NCBI GenBank assembly: GCA_018969185.1
Contig: JAGWYT010000002.1
Span: 20,703 to 84,702, forward strand
Direction: 5' to 3'
Source of the DNA: Rickettsiales bacterium
GTDB taxonomy: Bacteria > Pseudomonadota > Alphaproteobacteria > Rickettsiales > UBA1997
DNA: 64,000 bases
A model generated the notes under the pieces. The model was not told where the DNA came from. It did no database searches and saw only the letters and a list, made by a program, of their open reading frames with translations. This document shows, piece by piece, positions 45,123-57,675 of this stretch. How positions within the stretch are numbered: the stretch's first letter is position 1; every line of letters starts with the position of its first letter. Made by a program: the position numbers and the translations under genes.

Positions 45123-47438
45123 TTAAAAACTTGTTCCAAAACTAAATCTAAATGTTTGTGTGCGGTCAAAAGTTTCTTTTTTTGCAATTCTGGAGAAATC
45201 TAGGCGAATTGGTCCCATTGGGGAAGACCATGCAATACTTAATCCGTAAGATGAACGAAGTGACCCGCTATCATTAACTGCAGAACCAACTTTGTTAATT
45301 GAATCAACACCTTTAACTGTTCCATTATCGCTAAATAAAATACCATTAATTCCAAGATCTTTTGGCAGTCCTAAAGGAAATCTAAATTCTGCGGTTCCTA
45401 CATAATACATCTTACCACCAATGATATCACCAGTTGTTGTAGTTCTTGGACCAAGACCAGCATATTGGAAACCTCTAAAATTATTGCCGCCTAAAAAGAA
45501 AGCGAAGTTACTGCGTACATCTTGTCCAAGCCCGTCAATATAACCACCGCGAGCAAGGAATTTTAAAATATAATCATCATTAATAACTGGTACATAATAT
45601 CCAGCGCTACCCTCATATTTCATATTTTTAACATTGCCTGCAATGGCTCCAGCGTAATCTTGAGTCATTGAGATGTAGTAACCATCTTTTGGATCAATAC
45701 GGCTATCTCTTTTATCATATAAAAATGTTTGCCCTATAGCGGAAGTGGTAAAAGAACCTTGTAAGTTTTTAATATTTTGCGAAGCGCTATCGCTGATATT
45801 GCTTACAGTCTGTGTGCTATAAGAATAACGCAATTGATGTTTTAAAAATTCAGTAATTGAGTAATCGCCACGAAAAGTTATGCCATCTGACTCTTGGTCA
45901 TAAACTAAAGTTGATAATTTGTTTAATTGATATTTTGAAACATCAAAACCAACATCAATGGCACGGCCCATAAAATATGGTTTGGTATAATTAACTTCTG
46001 ATGTGAAACGCAGCGCTGATTTTTGCACATTAATACCAAGTTCCTGACCAGTTCCAAAAAGATTTCTTTCTTTAATACCAATATTTGCAGTTGCTTTATC
46101 AAAGGTTGAATAGCCAATACCCAAGTTTAATTCACCAGTCTTTTTTTCTTTTATTTCAATAGTAAGATCAACCTTGTCAGAGTCTAAGCCGCTAGTGCCA
46201 AGCCTTTTAGTATTAAATTCAACCTTATCAAAAAATCCAAGATTTTGTAATCTTTGTTTTGAACGGTTGATTTTTGTGATGTTATAAGCATCTCCTTCAC
46301 GAAATCTTAATTCTCTTCTAATAACTTCATCCATTGTTCTGGTGTTACCAATAATAGTGATTTTATCAATGTAAATTGGTGGCGTTTCACTAATTACAAA
46401 ATCAATATCTATTGTTTGAGCTTCTTTATTGCGCTTTAAGACTGGTTCAATGTGAGCAAAAGCATAGGATTTTTCTGACATTATTTCAATAATTCTATCT
46501 ACAGTTTTATCAACCAAATCAGAGTTATAAACTTTACCTTCTTTGATCAAAATTTCTTTATTTAAAATTGAGGCGTCAAATTTTTTGATGTTGTTTACAA
46601 CGTTAACTGCACCAACTTGATATTTAAGGCCTTCTTCAAGTAAGAAGGAAATTAGAAAATGATCTTTATTTGGTGAAATTTGTGCAATTGCTGAAATTGC
46701 TGTAAAATCAGCATAACCGCGTGAGCCGTAGAATCTTCTTAATTTTTCTTTGTCGAACTCAATTCGATCAGAATCATAGGTGTCAGAAGAGGCAAGGAAC
46801 TTCCACCATTTTGTTTTTTTGGTTGAAATTTCATCAAGCAATTCTTTGTCTGAGAAATTATTATTTCCAACAAAATAAATATTAGAAATTTTAGTTTTAT
46901 TTCCTTCAAAAATTTCAAAAACAAGTTCAATTCTATTTTGTTCTTTAGGAATAATTTTTGGCTCAATTTTAGTTAAAAAACGTCCTGATTTTAAATAGAT
47001 TTCATTAATTCTTTTAATATCAGATTGTAACTTTGATTTGGTGAAAAGACCACGTTTCTTAAGGCTTACTTCATTTTGCAATGCATCATCGTCAATTTTT
47101 TTATTTCCAACAAATTTAACTTCGGCAATTAGTGGATTTTCAGTAACTTCAATGATGGTATTTTTTTCCTCATCATTGATTTTTATGTCAGAAAATAAAT
47201 CAGATTCATAAAGTTTTTTTAATGTTTCATCAATTTGTTGTTTGTTTAATTTGCTGAGGTTTCTTGGTAAATAAGACATTATTGTCTCGTTATCAATTCT
47301 TTCGTTTCCCTTAATTATTATTTCTGAGTTAGAAGTAGTATTTTCGTTACTATAGGCTGACATGCTAAAAAGCGTGCAAGACAAAAATAGTACCAAAAAA
47401 ACTTTTGAGAATGTGTGTTTTATTGTGTTTATTAGCAT
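45123..47438 (-). CDS. bamA: Outer membrane protein assembly factor BamA
   Basis: 771 aa with a signal peptide, POTRA repeats and a C-terminal barrel ending FRFSFGTSF. Confidence 0.93.
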   Translation of the reverse strand: MLINTIKHTFSKVFLVLFLSCTLFSMSAYSNENTTSNSEIIIKGNERIDNETIMSYLPRNLSKLNKQQIDETLKKLYESDLFSDIKINDEEKNTIIEVTENPLIAEVKFVGNKKIDDDALQNEVSLKKRGLFTKSKLQSDIKRINEIYLKSGRFLTKIEPKIIPKEQNRIELVFEIFEGNKTKISNIYFVGNNNFSDKELLDEISTKKTKWWKFLASSDTYDSDRIEFDKEKLRRFYGSRGYADFTAISAIAQISPNKDHFLISFLLEEGLKYQVGAVNVVNNIKKFDASILNKEILIKEGKVYNSDLVDKTVDRIIEIMSEKSYAFAHIEPVLKRNKEAQTIDIDFVISETPPIYIDKITIIGNTRTMDEVIRRELRFREGDAYNITKINRSKQRLQNLGFFDKVEFNTKRLGTSGLDSDKVDLTIEIKEKKTGELNLGIGYSTFDKATANIGIKERNLFGTGQELGINVQKSALRFTSEVNYTKPYFMGRAIDVGFDVSKYQLNKLSTLVYDQESDGITFRGDYSITEFLKHQLRYSYSTQTVSNISDSASQNIKNLQGSFTTSAIGQTFLYDKRDSRIDPKDGYYISMTQDYAGAIAGNVKNMKYEGSAGYYVPVINDDYILKFLARGGYIDGLGQDVRSNFAFFLGGNNFRGFQYAGLGPRTTTTGDIIGGKMYYVGTAEFRFPLGLPKDLGINGILFSDNGTVKGVDSINKVGSAVNDSGSLRSSYGLSIAWSSPMGPIRLDFSRIAKKETFDRTQTFRFSFGTSF

Positions 47439-47571
47439 TAAATGAGATTGTCCGTTAAGGGATTAGTTAGAATAAGAAAGCTATTTTGAATTTCAATCTC
47501 GAAAATTTTTTCTTGTAAAATCAAAGGAAAACAGATTTAGTTAAGGCAAATAGTATAAACTTATTCAAGTC

Positions 47572-48621
47572 ATGTCACGAATTACATTAGCTCTAATTAT
47601 TTTTATTTCTTTTATCAGCAAGTCTTACGCATTTGAAGTAGCGGCAAGTTCAAGAAATTATATCAGCATTGTTGGCTCTTCAACCGTTTATCCTTTTGCC
47701 TCTGTAATTGCTGAAGAATTTGGTCGTAATGCTAAAATAAAAAATCCGAAAGCAAAAACGCCAATTGTTGAATCAACTGGAACTGGTGGTGGTTTTAAAT
47801 TATTTTGTTCGGGAGTTGGTTATAATTATCCTGATTTTTCTAATGCTTCGCGCCCTATAGAAAAAAGTGAAATTAAAAAATGCGCTGAAAATGGTGTTAA
47901 TGATGTTGTTGAAATTAAAATTGGTTATGACGGAATTGTTTTAGCAAATTCGGTTAGTGGTATAAAATATAACCTGACGAAACAACAAGTTTTTCTTGCT
48001 TTAGCAGAAGAAATTCCTGATGTAAAAACAGGAAAATTAATGAAAAATAATTATCAAAAATGGAGTGATATTGATAAGAATTTACCAGAAATTAACATTG
48101 CGGTTTATGGCCCGCCTTCAACTTCTGGAACAAGAGATGCTTTCGTTGAATTAGTGATGGAAGAGCCTTGTATGGAGTTTGAGCAATATAAAGTGGCTTA
48201 TCAAGATAAAAAAATTCGTCAGAAAAAATGTCATACAATTAGAAGCGATGGTAAGTTTATTGAAGCTGGTGAAAATGATAATTTAATTGTGCAGAAATTG
48301 AAGAATGACAAAGATGCGCTTGGAATTTTTGGTTTTAGTTTTTTAGAAGAAAATCATGCGGTAATTCAAGCGGCTTTAATTAACAATGTGGTTCCAAGCT
48401 TTGAAAATATTGTTTCTGGCGCTTATCCAGTTTCACGTCCACTTTTTATTTATTTCAAAAAAGAGCATTTAAATTTAATTCCGCAAATGCGTGAATTTGT
48501 AAATGAAATTATTAGCAAAGATACCATCGGTAAGGATGGATATTTATTGCAAAAGGGATTGATTCCTTTAACTGAAGAGGAGTTTAAGAATGTGTCTTTG
48601 GGAGTAAAAAACAGTTTGTAA
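47572..48621 (+). CDS. PstS-family phosphate-binding periplasmic protein
   Basis: Signal peptide, GSSTVYPFA, and STSGTRDAF in the phosphate-binding loops. Confidence 0.75.
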   Translation: MSRITLALIIFISFISKSYAFEVAASSRNYISIVGSSTVYPFASVIAEEFGRNAKIKNPKAKTPIVESTGTGGGFKLFCSGVGYNYPDFSNASRPIEKSEIKKCAENGVNDVVEIKIGYDGIVLANSVSGIKYNLTKQQVFLALAEEIPDVKTGKLMKNNYQKWSDIDKNLPEINIAVYGPPSTSGTRDAFVELVMEEPCMEFEQYKVAYQDKKIRQKKCHTIRSDGKFIEAGENDNLIVQKLKNDKDALGIFGFSFLEENHAVIQAALINNVVPSFENIVSGAYPVSRPLFIYFKKEHLNLIPQMREFVNEIISKDTIGKDGYLLQKGLIPLTEEEFKNVSLGVKNSL

Positions 48622-48640
48622 AAAAGATACGGTATCCATG

Positions 48641-48707
48641 GATTGCGGATGAAGAATTTCTAGAAATTGCTTCGCAATCCTAAGAAATTCTAGCTCCGCA
48701 ATGACAA
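48641..48707. repeat. Palindromic element (family A-related)
   Basis: ATTGCGGATGAAGAATTTCTAGAAATTGCTTCGCAATCCTAAGAAATTCTAGCTCCGCAATGACAAG. It shares the AGAATTTCTAGAAATT and ATGACAA modules. Confidence 0.6.
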
Positions 48708-48785
48708 GTTTGTGGATATTCTCGTCTTGCAATTAAGCAAGAATCACCTAAAATGGCGGTTTTACTGAATTTAAATCAATTTTAC

Positions 48786-51653
48786 ATGGAAGAAAAGTTT
48801 ATAAAAGTTGTTGGTGCGAAAGAGCATAATTTAAAAAATGTCAGCATTGAAATTCCAAAAAATCAATTAGTTGTGGTAACTGGATTAAGCGGGTCTGGTA
48901 AGTCTTCGCTAGTCTTTGATACAATTTATGCCGAAGGTCAAAGACGCTTTATTGAAAGTCTTTCTTCTTATGCGCGTCAATTTCTTGATATGCAAGATAA
49001 GCCTGATGTGGAATCAATTACTGGGCTTTCTCCTTCAATTGCAATTGATCAAAAAACCACTTCGCGTAATCCACGTTCAACTGTGGGAACGGTTACTGAA
49101 ATTTATGATCACTTCCGTCTTTTATTTGCAAGAATTGGTGTGCCTTATTCTCCCGCAACTGGCAAGCCAATTGAAAGCCAGTCAGCTTCTTTGATGGTTG
49201 ATAAAATTCTTGAATTGCCAAAAAAATCAAAAATTTATTTACTGGCGCCAATTGTTAGAGGACAAAAAGGTGAATATCGTAAAGAGATGATGTCGGCAAG
49301 AAAACAGGGCTTTCAGAGAATTAAAATTGATGGTAATATTTATGATTTAAATGAAATGTTACCAATTTTAGATAAGAATAAAAAGCATGATATTGAAATT
49401 GTAGTTGATCGTATTGTGGTTTCTGATGACCTTGGAAATAGGCTTGCAGACTCAGTTGAAACCGCTTTGAAAATTTCTGGTGGTTTGCTTTTAGTTGAAA
49501 TTGTTGGTCTTCCTGAAAAAACAAAATCAAAATTTAAGGAAGGTGAAATTATTACTTTTAGTGAAAAATTTTCTTGTCCAATTTCTGGGTTTACAATTTC
49601 TGAAATTGAGCCGCGTATCTTCTCTTTCAACAGTCCATATGGTGCGTGTAAATCTTGTGATGGTCTTGGAACAGAATTTTATTTTAGCGAAGATTTAGTT
49701 ATTGAAGATGAAAATCTTTCACTAAGACAAGGCGCAATTACAATTTGGCAAGGTATTCAAGCGCGCTTTTATCAACAAGTGATGCAGGCTTTATCGGAGA
49801 AATATAAATTCTCGCTTGATGTGCCTTTTAAAACTCTTTCTGAAGAAATCAAAAATATAATTTTTTATGGAACTGGCACTGAAGAAATTGAAATAAAATA
49901 TGAAGATGGTTTAAAATCATTCAAAGTGAAAAAGCCATTTGAAGGCGTAATTAATGGTCTCAAGAAGAAATTTTCGGAAAGCGAAAGTGAATGGATGAGA
50001 GAAGAATTAGTAAAATTCCAAACTCTTAAAACTTGTGAATGTTGTCAGGGATATAGATTAAATGAACAAAGTCTTTCAATTAAAATTGCTGGTTTGCACA
50101 TTGGCGAAGTAAGCAAAATGTCGGTTGAGAAGGCAAGAGAATGGTTCTTAAATTTAAATGATAAATTAAATTCAACTCATCAAAAAATTGCTGAAAGAGT
50201 TTTAAAAGAAATTAATCGTAGGCTGGGATTCTTGCAAAATGTTGGCTTGGAATATTTAACAATAAATCGTGAAGCGGGAACTCTTTCTGGTGGTGAAGCG
50301 CAAAGAATTCGTCTTGCTTCGCAAATTGGTTCAGGGCTTTCAGGTGTGATTTATGTTTTAGATGAACCTTCAATTGGTCTGCATCAATCAGATAATGATA
50401 AATTAATTTCAACTTTAAAAAATCTGCGTGATCTTGGTAATTCAGTAATTGTTGTTGAGCATGATGAAGAGATGATGCGTGAAGCAGATTACTTAATTGA
50501 CATTGGTCTTGGGGCTGGTGTTCATGGTGGTGAAGTGATTGCAGAAGGCTTGCCAAATGAAGTGATAAATAATAAGAAAAGTATTACTGGTCAGTATTTG
50601 AGTGGCAGAAAGAAAATTGAAATTCCGAAGCAGCGTCGCAAAATTGATAAGAAAAAAATGATTACGCTTAAAGGTGCAACGGTAAATAATCTAAAAAATT
50701 TGACGCTGAATTTACCTTTGAAAATGTTTGTTGCGGTGTCAGGGATTTCTGGTGGTGGTAAATCAAGTTTAATTATTAAAACTCTTTATCCAGCTTTAGA
50801 TAAAATTGTTAATAAGGCGAAGGCAATACCAGGGCCTTATGAAGCGCTTTCTGGATCTCATTTAATTGATAAAATAATTGAAATTGATCAATCACCAATT
50901 GGCAGAACGCCAAGGTCAAATCCTTGTACTTACATTGGTGCATTTACTTTCATTCGTGAATTTTATACAAATTTACCAGAATCAAAAACACGTGGTTACA
51001 AGGTTGGTAGATTCTCTTTTAACGTAAAAGGTGGACGTTGCGAGACTTGTCAGGGTGATGGTTTAATTAAAATTGAAATGCATTTCTTGCCTGACGTTTA
51101 TGTTAAATGCGAAACTTGTCATGGTAAGCGTTATAATCGTGAAACTTTGGAAATTAAATATAAGGATAAATCAATTTCTGATGTTTTAGAAATGACGTCA
51201 GAAGATGCTGCAGAGTTCTTCTCAAACATGCCACATATTTATGATAAATTTAAAGCATTATGTGATGTTGGTCTTGGCTATATGAGAATTGGGCAAAGTG
51301 CTACAACGCTTTCTGGCGGTGAAGCACAGAGAATTAAATTAGCAAGAGAGCTGAGCAGAAAAGCAACCGGAGATACGCTTTATATTCTTGATGAACCAAC
51401 AACAGGCTTGCATTTTGAAGATATTAGCAAGCTTTTAAAAGTGTTGCATAAATTGGTTGATAGCGGAAATAGCATTTTGGTTATTGAGCATAATCTTGAT
51501 GTTTTAAAAACTGCCGATCATATTATTGACATTGGACCTTATGGCGGTGAGAAAGGCGGATATATTGTGGCTGAAGGCACACCAGAAGAAATTTGCAAAG
51601 ATAAGAAATCGGTTACTGGGAAGTATTTGACTAAGGTTTTAAAACCTCTTTAA
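48786..51653 (+). CDS. uvrA: Excinuclease ABC subunit A
   Basis: Two ABC modules ([18 protein letters not shown]) and zinc fingers (CPISG...[14 protein letters not shown]...CETCHG). The likely start is the ATG at 48786. Confidence 0.96.
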   Translation: MEEKFIKVVGAKEHNLKNVSIEIPKNQLVVVTGLSGSGKSSLVFDTIYAEGQRRFIESLSSYARQFLDMQDKPDVESITGLSPSIAIDQKTTSRNPRSTVGTVTEIYDHFRLLFARIGVPYSPATGKPIESQSASLMVDKILELPKKSKIYLLAPIVRGQKGEYRKEMMSARKQGFQRIKIDGNIYDLNEMLPILDKNKKHDIEIVVDRIVVSDDLGNRLADSVETALKISGGLLLVEIVGLPEKTKSKFKEGEIITFSEKFSCPISGFTISEIEPRIFSFNSPYGACKSCDGLGTEFYFSEDLVIEDENLSLRQGAITIWQGIQARFYQQVMQALSEKYKFSLDVPFKTLSEEIKNIIFYGTGTEEIEIKYEDGLKSFKVKKPFEGVINGLKKKFSESESEWMREELVKFQTLKTCECCQGYRLNEQSLSIKIAGLHIGEVSKMSVEKAREWFLNLNDKLNSTHQKIAERVLKEINRRLGFLQNVGLEYLTINREAGTLSGGEAQRIRLASQIGSGLSGVIYVLDEPSIGLHQSDNDKLISTLKNLRDLGNSVIVVEHDEEMMREADYLIDIGLGAGVHGGEVIAEGLPNEVINNKKSITGQYLSGRKKIEIPKQRRKIDKKKMITLKGATVNNLKNLTLNLPLKMFVAVSGISGGGKSSLIIKTLYPALDKIVNKAKAIPGPYEALSGSHLIDKIIEIDQSPIGRTPRSNPCTYIGAFTFIREFYTNLPESKTRGYKVGRFSFNVKGGRCETCQGDGLIKIEMHFLPDVYVKCETCHGKRYNRETLEIKYKDKSISDVLEMTSEDAAEFFSNMPHIYDKFKALCDVGLGYMRIGQSATTLSGGEAQRIKLARELSRKATGDTLYILDEPTTGLHFEDISKLLKVLHKLVDSGNSILVIEHNLDVLKTADHIIDIGPYGGEKGGYIVAEGTPEEICKDKKSVTGKYLTKVLKPL

Positions 51654-51782
51654 AAGCCCTAACTTTTGCTTCAAACTGCTTAGTTATTTTGATTTTTTGT
51701 GTCCTCACGTATGTCGCAATAAGCTGCGGTACAAAAAATCAAAATGCCTCGCATTTTTTTGCAAAAGCGGGTTTTTAAAGAG
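51646..51782. repeat. Palindromic element (family B), overlapping the uvrA stop codon
   Basis: Arms CTCTTTAAAAGCCCTAACTTTTGC and GCAAAAGCGGGTTTTTAAAGAG. The core GTGTCCTCACGTATGTCGCAATAAGCTGCGGTAC is the reverse complement of the core at about 130-165. Confidence 0.7.
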
Positions 51783-51818
51783 TTTTGTATATGATCAGAT
51801 AAATAAAAATATTTTAAT

Positions 51819-52715
51819 ATGCTTGATAAATCTTTACTTGAGGCGATGAATTTTTCGACAAAGCTTGTTGAAAAAAAGATGGAAATGCTGTTACCAAAGG
51901 ATTTTCATGAATCACGCTTAGCTGAAGCAATTGAATATTCCGTTATGTCTGGCGGAAAAAGAATTCGTCCTTTTTTAACTATTATTTCTGCGCAAATTTT
52001 TGGTGTTGACCCGCTAAATTCAGTAAATGCCGCAGCGGCAATAGAATTCATTCACACATATTCTTTAATTCATGATGATTTGCCAGCGATGGATAATGAT
52101 GATTTTCGTCGCGGTAAATTAACTTGTCATAAAAAATTTAATGATGCCACAGCAATACTTGCAGGCGATGCTTTACTAACTTATGCTTTTGAAATTTTAT
52201 CTGATCCTGCAACTCATAAAGATCCTTTTGTTAGATGTGAATTAGTTAAAATGATTGCTTCTGCTGCAGGTTTTAAAGGTATGGTTGGTGGGCAGATGAT
52301 TGATCTTGAAATGGCAGAGAAAAAAATTTCTAAAGAACAATTAGCAAAACTTCATCGTCTAAAAACTGGTGAGCTTTTTATGGCTTCATGCGCGGCTGGA
52401 GCAATTCTTGGTCATGCTAAAGAAAGTGAAAAAAATGCGCTACGTTATTATGCTCATGATTTAGGTTTAGCCTTCCAAATTAAAGATGACATATTAGATC
52501 ATTATGGCGTTGAATCAGGAAAAGTTAACCTTGATGAGACTGTTCACAAAAAACCAAAAGATAATGCTAGCATTGTTGATATAGTTGGAATAGATCATGC
52601 CTTAAAACAGCTTAACATGCTAAAAGAGCAGGCAATTTCGCATTTGAAAATTTTTGGGAATAAGTCTAGTCTTTTGATTGAACTTTCTGAATTCATCGTA
52701 TCACGCGAGAGATAA
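51819..52715 (+). CDS. ispA: Polyprenyl (farnesyl/geranylgeranyl) diphosphate synthase
   Basis: First DDxxD in LIHDDLPAMDNDDFRRG and second in FQIKDDILD. Confidence 0.92.
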   Translation: MLDKSLLEAMNFSTKLVEKKMEMLLPKDFHESRLAEAIEYSVMSGGKRIRPFLTIISAQIFGVDPLNSVNAAAAIEFIHTYSLIHDDLPAMDNDDFRRGKLTCHKKFNDATAILAGDALLTYAFEILSDPATHKDPFVRCELVKMIASAAGFKGMVGGQMIDLEMAEKKISKEQLAKLHRLKTGELFMASCAAGAILGHAKESEKNALRYYAHDLGLAFQIKDDILDHYGVESGKVNLDETVHKKPKDNASIVDIVGIDHALKQLNMLKEQAISHLKIFGNKSSLLIELSEFIVSRER

Positions 52716-52732
52716 TTAATTAAAATAATAAA

Positions 52733-53386
52733 ATGAGTTTTGCTAAAAATAAATATTTGGTAATAAGAGGTGCAATTTCAAAGGAATTGGCAAATTTTGT
52801 TTATCACTATTTTCTAAATAAAAGAATGGTGGCCAAAACAATGTTTGAGGAGGGTTTTATTGATAGATCAGTTTCTTATTTTGGAACTTGGGATGATTCA
52901 CAAATTCCAAATACCTACTCTCATTATTCCGATATTGTGATGGAAACATTATTGCAGCATGTAAAACCAGTGATGGAAGAATATACGGGATTAAAATTAG
53001 TGGAGACTTATTCCTACGCTAGAATTTATAAAGAAGGTGATATTTTACATCGTCATAAAGATCGTTTATCTTGCGAAATTTCAACAACTCTAAATTTAGG
53101 TGGTCCAATTTGGCCAATTTATCTTGAGCCTGATTCAACAAAAGGTTGAATAATAGATGGTAAATATGTTTCAGAAAATACTCCAGGAGTTGAAGTTACT
53201 CTTCTTCCGGGAGATATGTTAATTTATCGTGGTTGTGAATTAGAACATTGGAGAGAGCCTTGTGATTCTAATGGTTGCGGCCAGGTATTCTTACATTATA
53301 ACAATGCTGCGATGCCTCATGCTGAAGAAAATAAATATGATCGCCGTGCTCATATAGGCTTGCCACCAAATTTTAAGAAACAGTAA
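52733..53386 (+). pseudogene. 2OG-Fe(II) oxygenase-like gene interrupted by an in-frame TGA at 53147-53149
   Basis: The upstream part carries LHRHKDR (HxD). The same frame continues open after the TGA for 78 more codons, including GDMLIYRGCELEHWRE (distal His), to the TAA at 53384. Confidence 0.6.
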
Positions 53387-54245
53387 TTCCCCATTTCTTT
53401 CCTAAATAATTCTCAACGGCTTTTCTGTCGTCAGTTCCTAGATATTTTTTGAAGATTATTACTTCGCCGATATTTCCTTGGTAATAGCTGGAAGTAAGAG
53501 TGCTAAATCCTAAAGTTGCTGCCGTGAGTGATGTTGTTGCTTGTGCTATGTTATAAGCACTTCCACCAGTGGTAGGTGAGTTTTGAATAGTACCATTGAT
53601 GTAATATGATTTTGTAATAAAATTGAAGGTGAAAGAGTGAATTAGTGGAGTGGGAGTTGTGTATGAAGAGATGCTGTAATCAAGATAATTATTTACTAAA
53701 GAAGTTGTCATGCTGCTACTTGTTTTATAGCCAAGAGTTAAGTTGGTATTATTTGAAGAATCGCTTCCAGCAATAAAATAATTGTTAGATCTATTTGCAG
53801 TTCTTTGCTCAACAACAAAAATTGTGAAAGCACTATTAGCAATGTTAGTGCCATCAAAAGATAAATAATTGCTATTGGTACTTGTAAATTGCACTACAGG
53901 AAGCCCATTGATTTGATTTGTTTTATAAGTTGGACGGTTCCCCGAAGTTGTTTGTGTTGCATTATTTTTAACAGTTTCAATATTTGGATTTAAATCATAC
54001 CAAGTGCTTATAGTGTTGCCATCTTTAGCTTCGGAGGTTGAAAAACTTTCTTCCAAAGTTGTTTCATACCATAATACTAAACCTCCTAAGCTTGCAACAG
54101 GAGAGCTGGTAGTTCTGCTTCTGGCATCAGAAATTTTTGCTTTTTTAACTAAAATACGACCTTCCATAATGCCAGCAATAAAAACGCTGATTATGGTAAG
54201 AACTATGCTAAGTTCGATAAGGGAGAAGGCGCGATTTTTTTTCAT
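53373..54245 (-). CDS. Prepilin-type N-terminal domain protein with a LamG-like C-terminal domain
   Basis: MKKNRAFSLIELSIVLTIISVFIAG and C-terminal GNIGEVIIFKKYLGTDDRKAVENYLGKKWGI. Confidence 0.8.
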   Translation of the reverse strand: MKKNRAFSLIELSIVLTIISVFIAGIMEGRILVKKAKISDARSRTTSSPVASLGGLVLWYETTLEESFSTSEAKDGNTISTWYDLNPNIETVKNNATQTTSGNRPTYKTNQINGLPVVQFTSTNSNYLSFDGTNIANSAFTIFVVEQRTANRSNNYFIAGSDSSNNTNLTLGYKTSSSMTTSLVNNYLDYSISSYTTPTPLIHSFTFNFITKSYYINGTIQNSPTTGGSAYNIAQATTSLTAATLGFSTLTSSYYQGNIGEVIIFKKYLGTDDRKAVENYLGKKWGITVS

Positions 54246-54273
54246 TTCGAAGATGTTTTTTTAATAGACACAG

Positions 54274-54371
54274 TTGCGGAAACTGGCTTGCAGCCAGTTC
54301 CTAAAGTTCATTTAATTTCACTTTGATGAACGTTAAGAAATATGGGGAACTACCTATACGCCAGTTCCCGC
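54274..54371. repeat. Palindromic element (family D)
   Basis: TTGCGGAAACTGGCTTGCAGCCAGTTCCTAAAGTT ... GGGGAACT...CGCCAGTTCCCGC. Confidence 0.6.
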
Positions 54372-54397
54372 TTAAGGTTATTTAATTTGGTATAACA

Positions 54398-55999
54398 TTA
54401 ATTTTGTTTTTGCAAAGAAGATTCGCTTTCTTTAGGAGCTTCCTTTGGCATTATACCCAAAATTGGTGCAATATTTTTTATAATTCTTCCTGCAGTTGGA
54501 GCAGCAACCATACCACCAGTATTAAAAGTATAATTAGGTCTGTCAAATAACACATAAACTAAATATTTTGGTTTTGAAATTGGAAATACTGCAACAAAAG
54601 AAGCGATAGTTTGTCTTTCATTGTAGCCACCAAATTCAGCTCTTTCAGCGGTTCCAGTTTTTCCGCCAACTTCATAACCTTCAATATTAGCGCCGCGTCC
54701 TGTTCCTTCCATGGCCACTTTGCGTAGCATCACGCGCATTATATCAGAGGTTGATTCTTTGATTACTCTTTTGCCACTTGGTTGTTCTTTTAGTTTTAAG
54801 AAAGAAGGATCATAGAGAATTCCACCATTGGCAATTGCGGCAACTCCTGTTGCAATGTGAAGTGGCGTGATAGCAATACCATGTCCGTAAGAAATTGTGT
54901 AGAGATTAATGTCGCGCCAATTGCGTGGATACATTGGTCTGCCAAGCCCTGGAAAATCAACATTAACTTTTTTTAGCAAGCCCATTTTTTCTAAAAATTC
55001 TTTTTGATTTTCAATGCCAATTTTTTGCGCAATTTGCACAGTTCCAATATTTGAAGAATAAGCAAAAACCTCACCAACTGTCATATCATCTTTTACTCTA
55101 TGATCATCTTTTATAGTGAAGCGTCCATATTTTATGGGCTCTCTCACATTATACATATCATCCATTTTTACTAAATCTTTTTCAAAAGCGGTGGCGTTGG
55201 TAAAAACTTTAAATATTGAACCAAGCTCGTAAGAGCCATTAGTGACGCGGTTAAATCTTTGGTCAGGTTCGGCTTCATGTTGAATATTTGGATCAAAATC
55301 AGGAAGCGAAGATAGTGCAAGAATCTCGCCATTAGTTACGTCCATTATTATTCCGGCAGCGGCTTTAGCACGATATTCAATAATTCCTTTATTCAATTCA
55401 TCATTTAGAATATCTTGTATTCTAACATCCATCGCTAATTTTATATCATCTTTGCCTCTTGTTAATTGCTTATCATATTGCATTTCAATGCCAGCAAGAC
55501 CTTTGCGATCAAGATCCACATAGCCTACCAAATGGCTGGTAATTGATTTTTGTGGATAAACACGAATGCTATCATCTTCAAATAACAACCCTGCAATTTT
55601 AAGATTTTTGACTTGTTCTGATTGGTTTGGAGTAAGGTTTCTTTTGATTAAAATCCAACTTTTATTATTTTTCCCATCATTAATTTTTCTCAAAATTTCT
55701 TGATAAGATAAGTCAGGAAAAATCTCAGCAACTGCTTTGGCAATTGCGCTTGGATCTTTTACAAGAATGCTGCTGACGTAAAGTGATTTGGTTTTAAGAT
55801 CAGTTGCAACTATGGTGCCGTTACGATCAAAAATGTCGCCCCTTTTGATGATTTTTCCAGAATTGTAAATGCCGCTGATCTTTACTTGATCGCCGGCAAG
55901 CACAATGAAAAACATTCTAATTATGATTATGATGAATAAGGCTAGAATGCAGCAATAAACAAAAGCTAGACGATTTTTTTTAATTTCTGTTTCAACCAT
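54398..55999 (-). CDS. ftsI: Class B penicillin-binding protein (FtsI/PBP3-like transpeptidase)
   Basis: N-terminal anchor, SxxK (GSIFK), SxN (YSSNIG) and KTGT (GGKTGTA). Confidence 0.85.
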   Translation of the reverse strand: MVETEIKKNRLAFVYCCILALFIIIIIRMFFIVLAGDQVKISGIYNSGKIIKRGDIFDRNGTIVATDLKTKSLYVSSILVKDPSAIAKAVAEIFPDLSYQEILRKINDGKNNKSWILIKRNLTPNQSEQVKNLKIAGLLFEDDSIRVYPQKSITSHLVGYVDLDRKGLAGIEMQYDKQLTRGKDDIKLAMDVRIQDILNDELNKGIIEYRAKAAAGIIMDVTNGEILALSSLPDFDPNIQHEAEPDQRFNRVTNGSYELGSIFKVFTNATAFEKDLVKMDDMYNVREPIKYGRFTIKDDHRVKDDMTVGEVFAYSSNIGTVQIAQKIGIENQKEFLEKMGLLKKVNVDFPGLGRPMYPRNWRDINLYTISYGHGIAITPLHIATGVAAIANGGILYDPSFLKLKEQPSGKRVIKESTSDIMRVMLRKVAMEGTGRGANIEGYEVGGKTGTAERAEFGGYNERQTIASFVAVFPISKPKYLVYVLFDRPNYTFNTGGMVAAPTAGRIIKNIAPILGIMPKEAPKESESSLQKQN

Positions 56000-56020
56000 T
56001 TAAGAACAAAATGTGTAGAA

Positions 56021-56110
56021 TTGTTATCCTGAGACTACAGCCACTTTTAATGGCTGTTGGCGAAGGATCTCAGGCAACAAAAGAGATTCTTCGCTTCGCT
56101 CAGAACGACA
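56021..56110. repeat. Palindromic element (family A)
   Basis: TTGTTATCCTGAG ... CAGCCACTTTTAATGGCTG ... GAAGGATCTC ... GAGATTCTTCGCTTCGCTCAGAACGACA. Confidence 0.8.
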
Positions 56111-56119
56111 GTGTTAAGA

Positions 56120-57666
<1,547 letters not shown>

Positions 57667-57675
57667 TTAATAATT

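Noticed and set aside
53147-53149. TGA read as Trp (genetic code 4), as in some reduced genomes
   Set aside because: TGA terminates several conserved genes at their expected lengths (hemE at 4593-4595, priA at 28553-28555). It is also the sensed stop codon in the prfB frameshift site, so the standard bacterial code applies.
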